A stretch of 64,000 nt of DNA. Source: an uncultured Candidatus Saccharibacteria bacterium. GTDB lineage: Bacteria > Patescibacteriota > UBA1384 > XYA2-FULL-43-10 > 1-14-0-10-43-13. Made by a program: the position numbers and the translations under genes. Positions 28,625-37,123 of the stretch are shown one piece after another. The first letter of the stretch is position 1. Every line of letters begins with the position of its first letter. Where the stretch lies: the NCBI GenBank assembly GCA_964628585.1, contig CAZVMH010000003.1, positions 28,470 through 92,469 of the forward strand, read 5' to 3'. The notes below the pieces were generated by a model. That model was not told the DNA's origin. It was given only the letters and a program-made list of their open reading frames with translations, and did no database searches.

Positions 28625-29887
28625 TTATGATCTGATTCCATCCACAATCTTATCCAAAATTCCTTCGACGACTGTTGGATCACCAGCCAAATCTATTGCT
28701 AAATTGGCCAATCCCATCGGTGTAATATCCTGTGAGCCAACTAATTTTTTTGTCTCGTCCTCTACGCTATGAATTTGGCTTGGCTTTATAAAATCAACCT
28801 TTGGTTGCTTCGCAAAGGGCAATCTCTTTGTCCAAGCTCGTGTTTCCAAATAATCTCGAATATCTGGCAGAAGACAGCCACCCCCACAAAGCAAAATTTT
28901 TGAGGGTAAAAGATCAACATTAGAAAATTCCTCTAAAGCTAGTTGGACACCGGCTAGCCAGACTTCACAGTCATTCTCTAAAGCTTTTTTAATCTTTTGA
29001 TATTTCTCCGATTCTTTTTTGAGTTTGCCTGCAGAATAATCAATTTTTACCGCTTCTGCTTCAGCAAAGCTCATGTCCAGCATGTCGGCAATGGACTTGG
29101 TGAATACTCGTCCACCAATAGCGAACATCTTTGTTCCCTCAACTCCTCCGCCTCGGACTACGGCAATGTCTGTCGTGCCACCACCGATGTCAATAAATAT
29201 GGAGGAGAACTCGGCACTATCCTCAAGTCCCACACTCTGGGCCACCGCATATGGTTCGGCCGCAATCGATAATAGGTCAAGGTTAAGTCCCTCTGCAATG
29301 GTCTGCAATGCCCCAAGGTGAACAATGGGAGCAAAAGCGTTAAATATACCGACTTGAATATCTCTGCCCTGAAAACCGACTGGATTGGTAACCTTATAGC
29401 CATCGATCTTAACGTCCACCACGGCTGAATTTACCAATTTTACATCAATCTCAGAGTGACCAGTTTCCCAGGCTAATTCCGATCTTGTTTTCTCAAATGA
29501 TTTCTCCTGAACCTGTCCAATGATGTCTTTAAGCTCTTTAACTGTAATTCTCTCTTTACTATCGTCACGCTTATAGTAAACAGTCGTGGTTGTGCCTTTG
29601 ACCAGCTCACCAGCGATTCCGATTACGCACTGTGTTGGAACCACTTTCGCCTCGTCACAAGCTTCATCGAGCGCTACTTCGCAGTTACGAATTACACCAG
29701 AGATATCGGTAACGCGTCCGCCCTGCATGTCGGAAAGCTGTTGGCGCTGTTTCCCCACACCCATTACAATCGCTTTGTCCTTCTCAATACGAAAAACCAA
29801 CGCTTTGACAAACTCTGTACCAATATCAAGCGCAATCGCATATCGATTTTTATTTTTTCCCCCGCCAAATAGACCCATAAGCCTCAC
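28625..29887 (-). CDS. ftsA: Cell division protein FtsA (actin-like ATPase)
   Basis: 420 aa. IALDIGTEFVKALVF and DIGGGTTDIAVV phosphate-binding motifs of the actin/HSP70 fold, FtsA-like domain order. Confidence 0.7.
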   Translation of the reverse strand: MRLMGLFGGGKNKNRYAIALDIGTEFVKALVFRIEKDKAIVMGVGKQRQQLSDMQGGRVTDISGVIRNCEVALDEACDEAKVVPTQCVIGIAGELVKGTTTTVYYKRDDSKERITVKELKDIIGQVQEKSFEKTRSELAWETGHSEIDVKLVNSAVVDVKIDGYKVTNPVGFQGRDIQVGIFNAFAPIVHLGALQTIAEGLNLDLLSIAAEPYAVAQSVGLEDSAEFSSIFIDIGGGTTDIAVVRGGGVEGTKMFAIGGRVFTKSIADMLDMSFAEAEAVKIDYSAGKLKKESEKYQKIKKALENDCEVWLAGVQLALEEFSNVDLLPSKILLCGGGCLLPDIRDYLETRAWTKRLPFAKQPKVDFIKPSQIHSVEDETKKLVGSQDITPMGLANLAIDLAGDPTVVEGILDKIVDGIRS

Positions 29888-29988
29888 TTATCACAAAAAT
29901 ATCCCTTAGCTACAATTATATCACTAATTGTTTATAAACCAAAAAAGCCCCCTTCTGGAAGCTTCTTTGAGCACGATATGAATCTAAT

Positions 29989-31686
29989 TTATTCTAGAAC
30001 GGCTTTGATCCTACGCACGCCCGCAGAGGAGCTTTCTTCTTTTAATATCTTGAAATGACCGAGTTCGCCGGTACGAATAACATGGGGACCGCCGCAAATT
30101 TCACGGGAGAAACTATCGATGCTGTACACTTTCACCTTGTCACCGTATTTGTGCTCAAATAGCCCGATTGCACCTGATTCTTTCGCCTCTTCGGGACTCA
30201 TTTCTTCCATCGTGATTAGTAGATCATCTTTGATCTTTTCATTTACGATATTTTCAACCTCTTTGATTTGTTCCGGCGTCATCTTATCTGGATAAGTAAA
30301 ATCAAACCTCATTCTCTCCGCATTTATGTTTGAGCCCTTCTGCCCCACGCTCTCGCCTAAAACATCTTTCAAGGCCTGCTGAAGCAAGTGAGTGGCAGTG
30401 TGATATTTAATCGCCTCTTCCCCACTATCAGCCAAGCCACCCTTAAACATGCCAGCAGAAGCAGTACGAGAAAGCTCTTGATGGCCAAGCATCGACTTAT
30501 TATATTCCTCGATTGCTGAATCGTTGATTTTTATATTTTTATTTTTTGCTTCTTCCAAGCTTACTTCCATCGGCAAGCCAAAGGACTGATACAAATCGAA
30601 CAAATCTTTACCCGTTAGTTCTTCGTCTGAATTGATTTTGCTCAATCCTTCTTTAAGAGTCTTTCTAAACTTTTTTTCCTCTTTGCCGAGTTCACTTTTG
30701 ACCCTGTCCTTTGTAAAAGAATAGACTCCTTCATATATTTCAAAAATCGAATCCGCTAATTTTGATGCGATATCACTCTCTATGCCAAGTTGATTTGCCT
30801 TGACGATTGCCCGACGAATCAGCCGACGAACAATGTATCCAGCATCTTTGTTGGATGGCAGGATATAATCGCTTATTGCAAACACAGCAGTTTTAATATG
30901 ATCAGCGATAACCCGGAATTCTTTCTGATGATCGGCATACTCTTTATCTGATAGCTTTTCAGTTTTTTCTATGTTAGATTCGAACAAATCGGTTTCATAG
31001 GCACTTTCTTCGCCGTTAATGACTGCAAGGAGTCGTTCCAGCCCCATGCCGGTATCAACTCCTTTAAATTTTGTTTCCTGATATTTGCCATCAATTAAAA
31101 CATATTCATTAAATACAAGATTCCAAACTTCGATGTCATCAACATAAAATTCTACTGTTGGGCCACCGGGCGAACCTTCTGTGCCAAGTGACCAGAAGTT
31201 ATTATCGAATCCCTGTGGTTTGATCTCTATGAGTCCTTCGATCTTCTGTAATATCTTTAACGATTCTTCGTCGGCTGGAATATCTTTTTTACCCTCAAAA
31301 TATGTGGCGTGGATTCTTCCCTTTTTGATTTTTAGCTCTTCGGTCAGGAACTCCCAAGCGAATTTGATTGCATCTTCTTTGAAATATGAACCCTCTTTTT
31401 CTGGATATCCGAAGGAAAAATTTCCCAACATTTCGAAGAAAGTTAAGTGAGTATCGTCGCCTACTTCCTCTATGTCACCGGTGCGGATGCATTTTTGGCA
31501 AGTTACAATTTTTGAAGTTGGTGCTTCGTCTGGCTTAGTATAAAATCTTTTAAACTGCTGCATGCCCGCCGTGTTGAACAGAACTGATGGGTCGTTTTCT
31601 GGCACCAGAGAAGCAGAAGGGATCACTTTGTGACCCCGCCCTTTAAAAAACTTTATAAATTTTTCTCTTAACTCCGATGATTGCAT
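29989..31686 (-). CDS. alaS: Alanyl-tRNA synthetase, short form lacking the C-Ala domain
   Basis: 565 aa. The N-terminus MQSSELREKFIKFFKGRGHKVIPSASLVP..DPSVLFNTAGMQQFK is the AlaRS signature. Editing-domain metal ligands HTATH and CGGPH are present. The protein ends about 20 aa after CxxxH. Confidence 0.85.
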   Translation of the reverse strand: MQSSELREKFIKFFKGRGHKVIPSASLVPENDPSVLFNTAGMQQFKRFYTKPDEAPTSKIVTCQKCIRTGDIEEVGDDTHLTFFEMLGNFSFGYPEKEGSYFKEDAIKFAWEFLTEELKIKKGRIHATYFEGKKDIPADEESLKILQKIEGLIEIKPQGFDNNFWSLGTEGSPGGPTVEFYVDDIEVWNLVFNEYVLIDGKYQETKFKGVDTGMGLERLLAVINGEESAYETDLFESNIEKTEKLSDKEYADHQKEFRVIADHIKTAVFAISDYILPSNKDAGYIVRRLIRRAIVKANQLGIESDIASKLADSIFEIYEGVYSFTKDRVKSELGKEEKKFRKTLKEGLSKINSDEELTGKDLFDLYQSFGLPMEVSLEEAKNKNIKINDSAIEEYNKSMLGHQELSRTASAGMFKGGLADSGEEAIKYHTATHLLQQALKDVLGESVGQKGSNINAERMRFDFTYPDKMTPEQIKEVENIVNEKIKDDLLITMEEMSPEEAKESGAIGLFEHKYGDKVKVYSIDSFSREICGGPHVIRTGELGHFKILKEESSSAGVRRIKAVLE

Positions 31687-31695
31687 ATTCTGTAT

Positions 31696-32418
31696 CTATT
31701 TGTTGCTGCCCGAAAGTCCGGTTATAAAGTTTGAAAATATTTGGGACCAAACAAAACCCCGAATTTCGGCTTCGCTATCCTTCTTTTCTACCTTAATTGG
31801 TTCAAGTCCCAACTCTTTAGCATACATAGTGCGATAAGCTGTCTGATAATTCATTATTTTTCTTACGTAACTGTTATTAACTCTCAAATATGCTTCTTGA
31901 CCAATTGCTTTGTCTGAATTTCCCGTTCCCGCGTTATAGCCGTATAAAGCCAGCTCTGTACTGCCACGATATTTCACTAATAAATCGCGCAAATGAGCAG
32001 CGCCAAATTCAACCGATGTTTCGGCATCAAAAATATCGTAATTTGGCCAGCGTCCAGTTTCCCTTGCCATTGTTGCCGCAGTTCCTGGCATAAATTGCAT
32101 TAAACCTTGAGCGCCAGCTCCGGAAACGGAACTCGGGTTAAAACGGGATTCCTGCAAAATTACTGCAGCGACCAAAGCAGGATCAACGCTATATTTTGAG
32201 GAATATTTCACGATCCAATCAGCATATTTCAAAGGGTAAACCTCATCTGCAAACATTTTCGGCACATAATAGTAAGCCGTAGTCCCCAAAAAAACTGCAA
32301 TAACTACAATAATTGCAAAATTTAACTTATATTTTTTTGAAAGCATGAAATTATTTCTCCGATCTAGCTCTATTGTACAAAAGTATTTTAGAAAAGACAA
32401 CAAAAAAATACGATTCAA
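31696..32418 (-). CDS. Lytic transglycosylase (SLT domain), membrane anchored
   Basis: 240 aa. N-terminal TM, SLT catalytic motif AAVILQESRFNPSSVSGAGAQGLMQFMPGTA. Confidence 0.85.
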   Translation of the reverse strand: MNRIFLLSFLKYFCTIELDRRNNFMLSKKYKLNFAIIVVIAVFLGTTAYYYVPKMFADEVYPLKYADWIVKYSSKYSVDPALVAAVILQESRFNPSSVSGAGAQGLMQFMPGTAATMARETGRWPNYDIFDAETSVEFGAAHLRDLLVKYRGSTELALYGYNAGTGNSDKAIGQEAYLRVNNSYVRKIMNYQTAYRTMYAKELGLEPIKVEKKDSEAEIRGFVWSQIFSNFITGLSGSNK

Positions 32419-32448
32419 AATTTAAATCGCATTTTTTGGCCAAACTTC

Positions 32449-32535
32449 TGGTGCTCGAGGTGGGACTCGAACCCACACGGCTGTTTAAGCCACATCATTT
32501 TAAGTGATGCGTGTATACCATTCCACCACTCGAGC
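32449..32535 (-). tRNA. tRNA-Leu (anticodon TAA), long variable arm
   Basis: Hand fold of the reverse complement: acceptor GCTCGAG/CTCGAGC, anticodon stem CATCA/TGATG, loop CTTAAAA, T-arm TGGGTTCGAGTCCCA, encoded CCA. Confidence 0.85.
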
Positions 32536-32539
32536 ATTA

Positions 32540-33499
32540 TTAGACTATTTGGTATTTGCCCGCTTTATTCTTTTCTAGTTTGCCTTCTATTGTAAATCCG
32601 GCCGCTTTTTTATGGCCTCCACCGCCAAACAATCTAGCTAAAGCCGAAACATCAATACCGTTCTTTTCCGTCCGCAAACTCCCTCTCAATTTACCATTTT
32701 CGCACTCATATAACAAGATAGCTGCCTTCACTTCAGTAATTATGCTCATCAGGTTAACCAGTCCAGATACCTCGTCTTCCGTAGCATTGGCTTCTTTGAT
32801 GTCTTTTTTTGTTATTGTTGAGATTACAAGCCCACTATTCTTATCGAAAACCATTCGGTCTAGTGCAACTCCCCATAATTTCAAAGAGGAAGTTGATCTG
32901 GCGTTATAAACATTTTTTGAGATTAAATCTAAATTAGCGCCTGCGCTCATTAAACTTGAAACCACTTCTAGAACTTTTTCGGACGTATTGCTATGTTGAA
33001 ATCCGCCAGTATCATTATACATTCCGAGTAGTAGCGCCGTCGCAATTTTGGGGGTGATTTTCACCTTGAGACCAGTCAGAATATCAAAGATTAAAGTTGC
33101 GGTCGAAGAAGCATTTTTGTCGGCATAATTGATATTTGCTAACTTCCAAATATCATTCTTGATATGATGATCAATATTAATTAGCACGGTTTTTTTAGGA
33201 AGTTTTGATATTCTCTCAATAAAACCCGTCCTTCTCAGGTCGCCATTATCCAACAAGATTATTACTTCATACTCGCCAGTTAGAAAATCTTTCTTAAATT
33301 CTTGTGTTTCTTCTAAAAATGAGAATATCTCTGGGACATCATCAGAGCAAACCATATCAACTTTTTTGCTCATACTCTTTAGGACCAGAGACAAAGCAAT
33401 CATACTCCCGATACAATCTCCATCAGGTTTTTCATGCCCGATTAACAAAAAAGAGTCCCTTTCCTCCAAAATCGATTTAAGTTTTGAAAAAGAGCCCAT
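32540..33499 (-). CDS. DHH-family phosphoesterase (NrnA-like, oligoribonuclease/pAp phosphatase)
   Basis: 319 aa. DHH motifs LLIGHEKPDGDCIGSM and NIDHH, C-terminal DHHA1 GGGGHKKAAG. Confidence 0.8.
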   Translation of the reverse strand: MGSFSKLKSILEERDSFLLIGHEKPDGDCIGSMIALSLVLKSMSKKVDMVCSDDVPEIFSFLEETQEFKKDFLTGEYEVIILLDNGDLRRTGFIERISKLPKKTVLINIDHHIKNDIWKLANINYADKNASSTATLIFDILTGLKVKITPKIATALLLGMYNDTGGFQHSNTSEKVLEVVSSLMSAGANLDLISKNVYNARSTSSLKLWGVALDRMVFDKNSGLVISTITKKDIKEANATEDEVSGLVNLMSIITEVKAAILLYECENGKLRGSLRTEKNGIDVSALARLFGGGGHKKAAGFTIEGKLEKNKAGKYQIV

Positions 33500-33618
33500 A
33501 TATATTCAATTCACAAATTGCAATGTCTAATTACCAATTCCATATTGAATTATTGGATATTTTGGCATTAGACATTTTATTAGAAATTAGTAATTAGGAT
33601 TTAGAAATTTCAAAATCG

Positions 33619-34107
33619 TTAATTCGATTTTAGAATTATGTTCTGACGTTCGTCTTCTGGTAGTTCGTTTTTCTTAATCTTATAAAGGTCCATTTCTCCG
33701 TCAGAGATACCTTCACTTTTTTTAAATTCCGAAAGATCAGAGTAAAGCATCGGGATAACAATGCGAGGGTCTATACTTGAAATCACATTTAGAGCTTTTT
33801 TTGCGGGAAGAGAGCCTTCTTCCCCGAGAGGCACAAACAATATGTCTACGTCTCCGATACCTTTTGTTTCTTCATTTGATAGTTCGTGATTGATTTTACC
33901 CAAATAACACAAATTTATTTCCTCGGCTTTGCAGTTATAAATAGTGTTCTCACCATCGGCAATACCTTCAACAAAAACACCATTCTTCTCATATTCACCC
34001 GGGCCTGGTAAGGAAAAACCATTTATTGAGACCGTATAGCCTAAGTCGACTTCAACATCTTTTGTTTTTATTTGAAATTTCTCTTTACCGAAATATTTTA
34101 TTTGCAT
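33619..34107 (-). CDS. Hypothetical protein, possibly a degenerate MBL-fold metal-dependent hydrolase (COG2220-like)
   Basis: 162 aa. N-terminus MQIKYFGKEKFQI and DVDILFVPLGEEG...RIVIPM resemble the ends of the MBL-fold UPF0173/COG2220 family, but the HxHxDH motif is not evident. Confidence 0.35.
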   Translation of the reverse strand: MQIKYFGKEKFQIKTKDVEVDLGYTVSINGFSLPGPGEYEKNGVFVEGIADGENTIYNCKAEEINLCYLGKINHELSNEETKGIGDVDILFVPLGEEGSLPAKKALNVISSIDPRIVIPMLYSDLSEFKKSEGISDGEMDLYKIKKNELPEDERQNIILKSN

Positions 34108-34133
34108 TTTGCCTCCCGTTACTTACAATTTAG

Positions 34134-35450
34134 CTATTTTACTTCAACTTCTTTCTTTGTGCTTTTTTTAGTCTTAGCAGTTTTCTTAGCGGATTTTTCC
34201 TCGCTAACTTCCTCTATTGTTTCTGACTTTTCTGATTCATCAGCAACTTCTTTCTTAACTTTTGACCCCGAAGGGGTCCCCTTTGGGGACTCTTTAGCTG
34301 GCTTCTCATCATCAACTTTCAAGCTCAACCCTAGTCTGTGACTCTCAGCCTCAATTGAGATAATTTTGAATTTATATTCTTTACCTAGTTCAACAATTTG
34401 GCCAGGATCAATAATGTGGTCCTTAGAAAGCTCAGAGATGTGGACCAAACCGTCAATTTGTGGACTAAGGGCTACAAAAGCACCGAAAGGTGTAATTTTG
34501 GTTACTTCTCCTGAAACTACCTGCCCCACTTGATATTTTGAAGCAGCAGAGACCCAAGGATCTGGCAATAGTCGTTTGATTGAAAGAGAAACACGACCGT
34601 CATCAACAGAAATAATGATTGTTGAAACTTCATCGCCAACTTTAAATACTTTGTTTAGATCGGTTACACGACTCCAAGAAACTTCTGAAATATGGACCAA
34701 TCCTTCAATTTGAGGATCAATACTAACAAAAAGTCCAAAATCAACAATTCCGGTAATTTTGCCAACAACCTTGTCGCCAACTTTATATTTCTCAATTTTT
34801 GCCTGAACTTCATCGGCCTTAACTGCTTTTTCAGAGAAGATAAGTTTGTTATTCTCTTTATCGCAACTAATAACTTTTACTGGGACTTCTTGACCAATAA
34901 ACTTACGTAGACGAGTCAAAATTTCCTCTTTGTCACCACCAGTTACTCTAGGATATTTTGCAGGAGAAAGTTGTGAAACAGGTAGGAAACCTTGTATTCC
35001 ACCAACTTCTGTCATCAGGCCACCTTTATTTGCATCAACAATTTTGACCATAACTGAATCACCTGATTCAAATTTTTGAGCAAATTCGATCCAATATTTT
35101 TCTCTGTCGGCTCTCTTCATTGAGAGAACGACGTTTCCAGCATCGTCTTCCATTGAAACAACAGTGCAGAAAACTTTATCACCATTTTTCAAGCCAGTTT
35201 TTGAAGTGATTTCTTTTTCTGGGATAAAACCGAGTGATTGGCCAGCTACATCTACCCAAATTCTGTTTCCACCAACCGCCAAGATTGTAGCTTCTACATT
35301 TTCGCCTTCTGAAAATGGCAAAATATTGTCGCCCAAATCTTTAATCAACGACTCCATTGTATCTTTGCCTTTTGTTCTTTCTGTTTCGATTATTTGCTCA
35401 GGCACTTTTACTTCTGCTGTCGATTCTATTTTTTCATCCGTTTTGACCAT
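34134..35450 (-). CDS. rpsA: 30S ribosomal protein S1
   Basis: 438 aa with four S1/OB repeats (GxV..I...G.FV repeated) and a Lys-rich C-terminal tail. Confidence 0.85.
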   Translation of the reverse strand: MVKTDEKIESTAEVKVPEQIIETERTKGKDTMESLIKDLGDNILPFSEGENVEATILAVGGNRIWVDVAGQSLGFIPEKEITSKTGLKNGDKVFCTVVSMEDDAGNVVLSMKRADREKYWIEFAQKFESGDSVMVKIVDANKGGLMTEVGGIQGFLPVSQLSPAKYPRVTGGDKEEILTRLRKFIGQEVPVKVISCDKENNKLIFSEKAVKADEVQAKIEKYKVGDKVVGKITGIVDFGLFVSIDPQIEGLVHISEVSWSRVTDLNKVFKVGDEVSTIIISVDDGRVSLSIKRLLPDPWVSAASKYQVGQVVSGEVTKITPFGAFVALSPQIDGLVHISELSKDHIIDPGQIVELGKEYKFKIISIEAESHRLGLSLKVDDEKPAKESPKGTPSGSKVKKEVADESEKSETIEEVSEEKSAKKTAKTKKSTKKEVEVK

Positions 35451-35529
35451 GATTCTCCGTTACTTACTTATAGCATATTGCTAATAGCTCATTACTTAAT
35501 TACTTTATAAACTTATAACCTTACAAACT

Positions 35530-35931
35530 TTATAAACTCTTGTGCTTCTTTTTTGGTAAATATTTATTGTATCTTAACTCAGTCTTTTCCATCTTCTTGT
35601 GTGTTGGCAACTTTCGCAAAACCTTAATTCCAATTACTGCTACCAAAATAATGAAAATTACGATGACAGACAGAAGATAATATCTAGTTGCAAGAACTGG
35701 TAAGCTTTCATATCGCCCAAACACATGAATAAGTCCCAAAATTCCACATGTAAGCGTTGGAGTAATAAATTTTGCTAAAAATGTTTTTTCTTTTTTTGAA
35801 ACCAACAGGACTAAAATGCCAAATATAATCATTGCCCCAAAAATCGCGAGCAAAATTGGATAAAAGTTGCTCTCTGGTGGCGGTGTTGAATCAAGAATGT
35901 AAGCTTTTGAAAAAACTTTTGAATAATTCAT
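35530..35931 (-). CDS. Hypothetical membrane protein (3-4 TM)
   Basis: 133 aa, hydrophobic, ends in a basic tail. No motif. Confidence 0.4.
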   Translation of the reverse strand: MNYSKVFSKAYILDSTPPPESNFYPILLAIFGAMIIFGILVLLVSKKEKTFLAKFITPTLTCGILGLIHVFGRYESLPVLATRYYLLSVIVIFIILVAVIGIKVLRKLPTHKKMEKTELRYNKYLPKKKHKSL

Positions 35932-35950
35932 AAATTAAATTTTCTAGCTT

Positions 35951-36037
35951 TGGTGCCGAGAGCGGGAGTTGAACCCGCACAGTCTTTCGACTACACGAAC
36001 CTCAATCGTGCGCGTATACCGATTCCGCCACCTCGGC
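35951..36037 (-). tRNA. tRNA-Leu (anticodon GAG), long variable arm
   Basis: Acceptor GCCGAGG/TCTCGGC, anticodon stem CACGA/TCGTG with loop TTGAGGT, T-arm GCGGGTTCAACTCCCGC, encoded CCA. Confidence 0.85.
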
Positions 36038-36047
36038 TGAAAATTTT

Positions 36048-36124
36048 TGGTGGACGCTGAGGGAGTCGAACCCCCGACATCCTCGGTGTAAACGAGGCGC
36101 TCTGACCAACTGAGCTAAGCGTCC
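36048..36124 (-). tRNA. tRNA-Val (anticodon TAC)
   Basis: GGACGCTTAGCTCAGTTGGTCAGAGCGCCTCGTTTACACCGAGGATGTCGGGGGTTCGACTCCCTCAGCGTCCACCA. Cloverleaf verified by hand, anticodon loop TTTACAC. Confidence 0.9.
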
Positions 36125-36345
36125 AAAAACTTTATTCTGCCTTCGGCAATTATTTTCTCCATTCTCTTCGCAACTTCAACGCTATCAAATTCTTGATGAA
36201 AAACTAATTTATATGGTTTTTTGTATTTTGTAGCAGTTACGTTTCCAGAATTATGTTGTGTTAATCTACGCTTATAATCCATCGTACTACCGACGTAGTA
36301 AGAATCATTTTTTAAACTTTGAAGAATATATACAAACGCTTTCAT
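36115..36345 (-). CDS. Small GIY-YIG nuclease-domain protein
   Basis: 76 aa. YILQSLKNDSYYVGSTMDYKRRLTQHNSG matches the GIY...YIG...R...H core. Its 3' end overlaps the 5' end of tRNA-Val by about 10 nt. Confidence 0.75.
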   Translation of the reverse strand: MKAFVYILQSLKNDSYYVGSTMDYKRRLTQHNSGNVTATKYKKPYKLVFHQEFDSVEVAKRMEKIIAEGRIKFLDA

Positions 36346-36592
36346 AACAATTAATACGATTGGGTGTTACTATTTATAGAGCTCTCCGACGTTTCAGTCG
36401 GAGCTCCGATATTCGCTTTCAACAAATCGTCGGAGAAGCGCGCACAAATTAAAAAATTCTCGCACCAACAAGAATTTTAAACAATAGATTCAGGCTGGTT
36501 TAATAATAATTTATCTAAATCTATTCTAGCAAAAAACATTAACAATGTCAAAACAAAGATATGTAGAAAACGATTTTATTATATATTAACTA

Positions 36593-37006
36593 TTAGATAT
36601 TGGCTGGTTTCTTTTTCTTAATAATAACCAAGGCCACAATTAATATCAGAGCTAGGACACCGCCACCTATAGTGTAAAGTGTTTGGTTGTTGATTTTAGA
36701 ATCCGATCTAGAGTCAGAAGCGGTTTTGGCTGTATTGCCATTAGTTGTTGATTCAACGGCGTCAGTTTCGGTGTTTGACAGTGTCGGGGTTGTTGCAGTA
36801 GTAGTCGTGGCAGTTTGACTAGTAGAAGTTGTTGCGGCGGCACTTCTCTTGGCGTCTGCAGCTGCCTTATCTTCGGCGGCTCTTTTATTAAGATCGTCAA
36901 CTGTTACGGGTGGCTGAGTAGCAGCAATAATACTAGTCAAACACATTGGAGCAACACCCAGACTAATGGCGAAAACAACAATCACAACAATCTTTTTAAC
37001 CAACAT
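36593..37006 (-). CDS. Small secreted Thr/Ala-rich protein with C-terminal TM anchor and KKKK tail
   Basis: 137 aa. Signal peptide, low-complexity AAATTSTSQTATTTTATTPT region, C-terminal GGGVLALILIVALVIIKKKKPANI. Confidence 0.5.
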   Translation of the reverse strand: MLVKKIVVIVVFAISLGVAPMCLTSIIAATQPPVTVDDLNKRAAEDKAAADAKRSAAATTSTSQTATTTTATTPTLSNTETDAVESTTNGNTAKTASDSRSDSKINNQTLYTIGGGVLALILIVALVIIKKKKPANI

Positions 37007-37123
37007 GGCCCTCCTTAATTAAAAAACTAATTATTAACATTAATATAATTATTACACAAGCAAAAGATTAATTCAAACTCTGACACAAAAATGTAAAACT
37101 ATAGCGTTGTCTTCAAAAATGAA

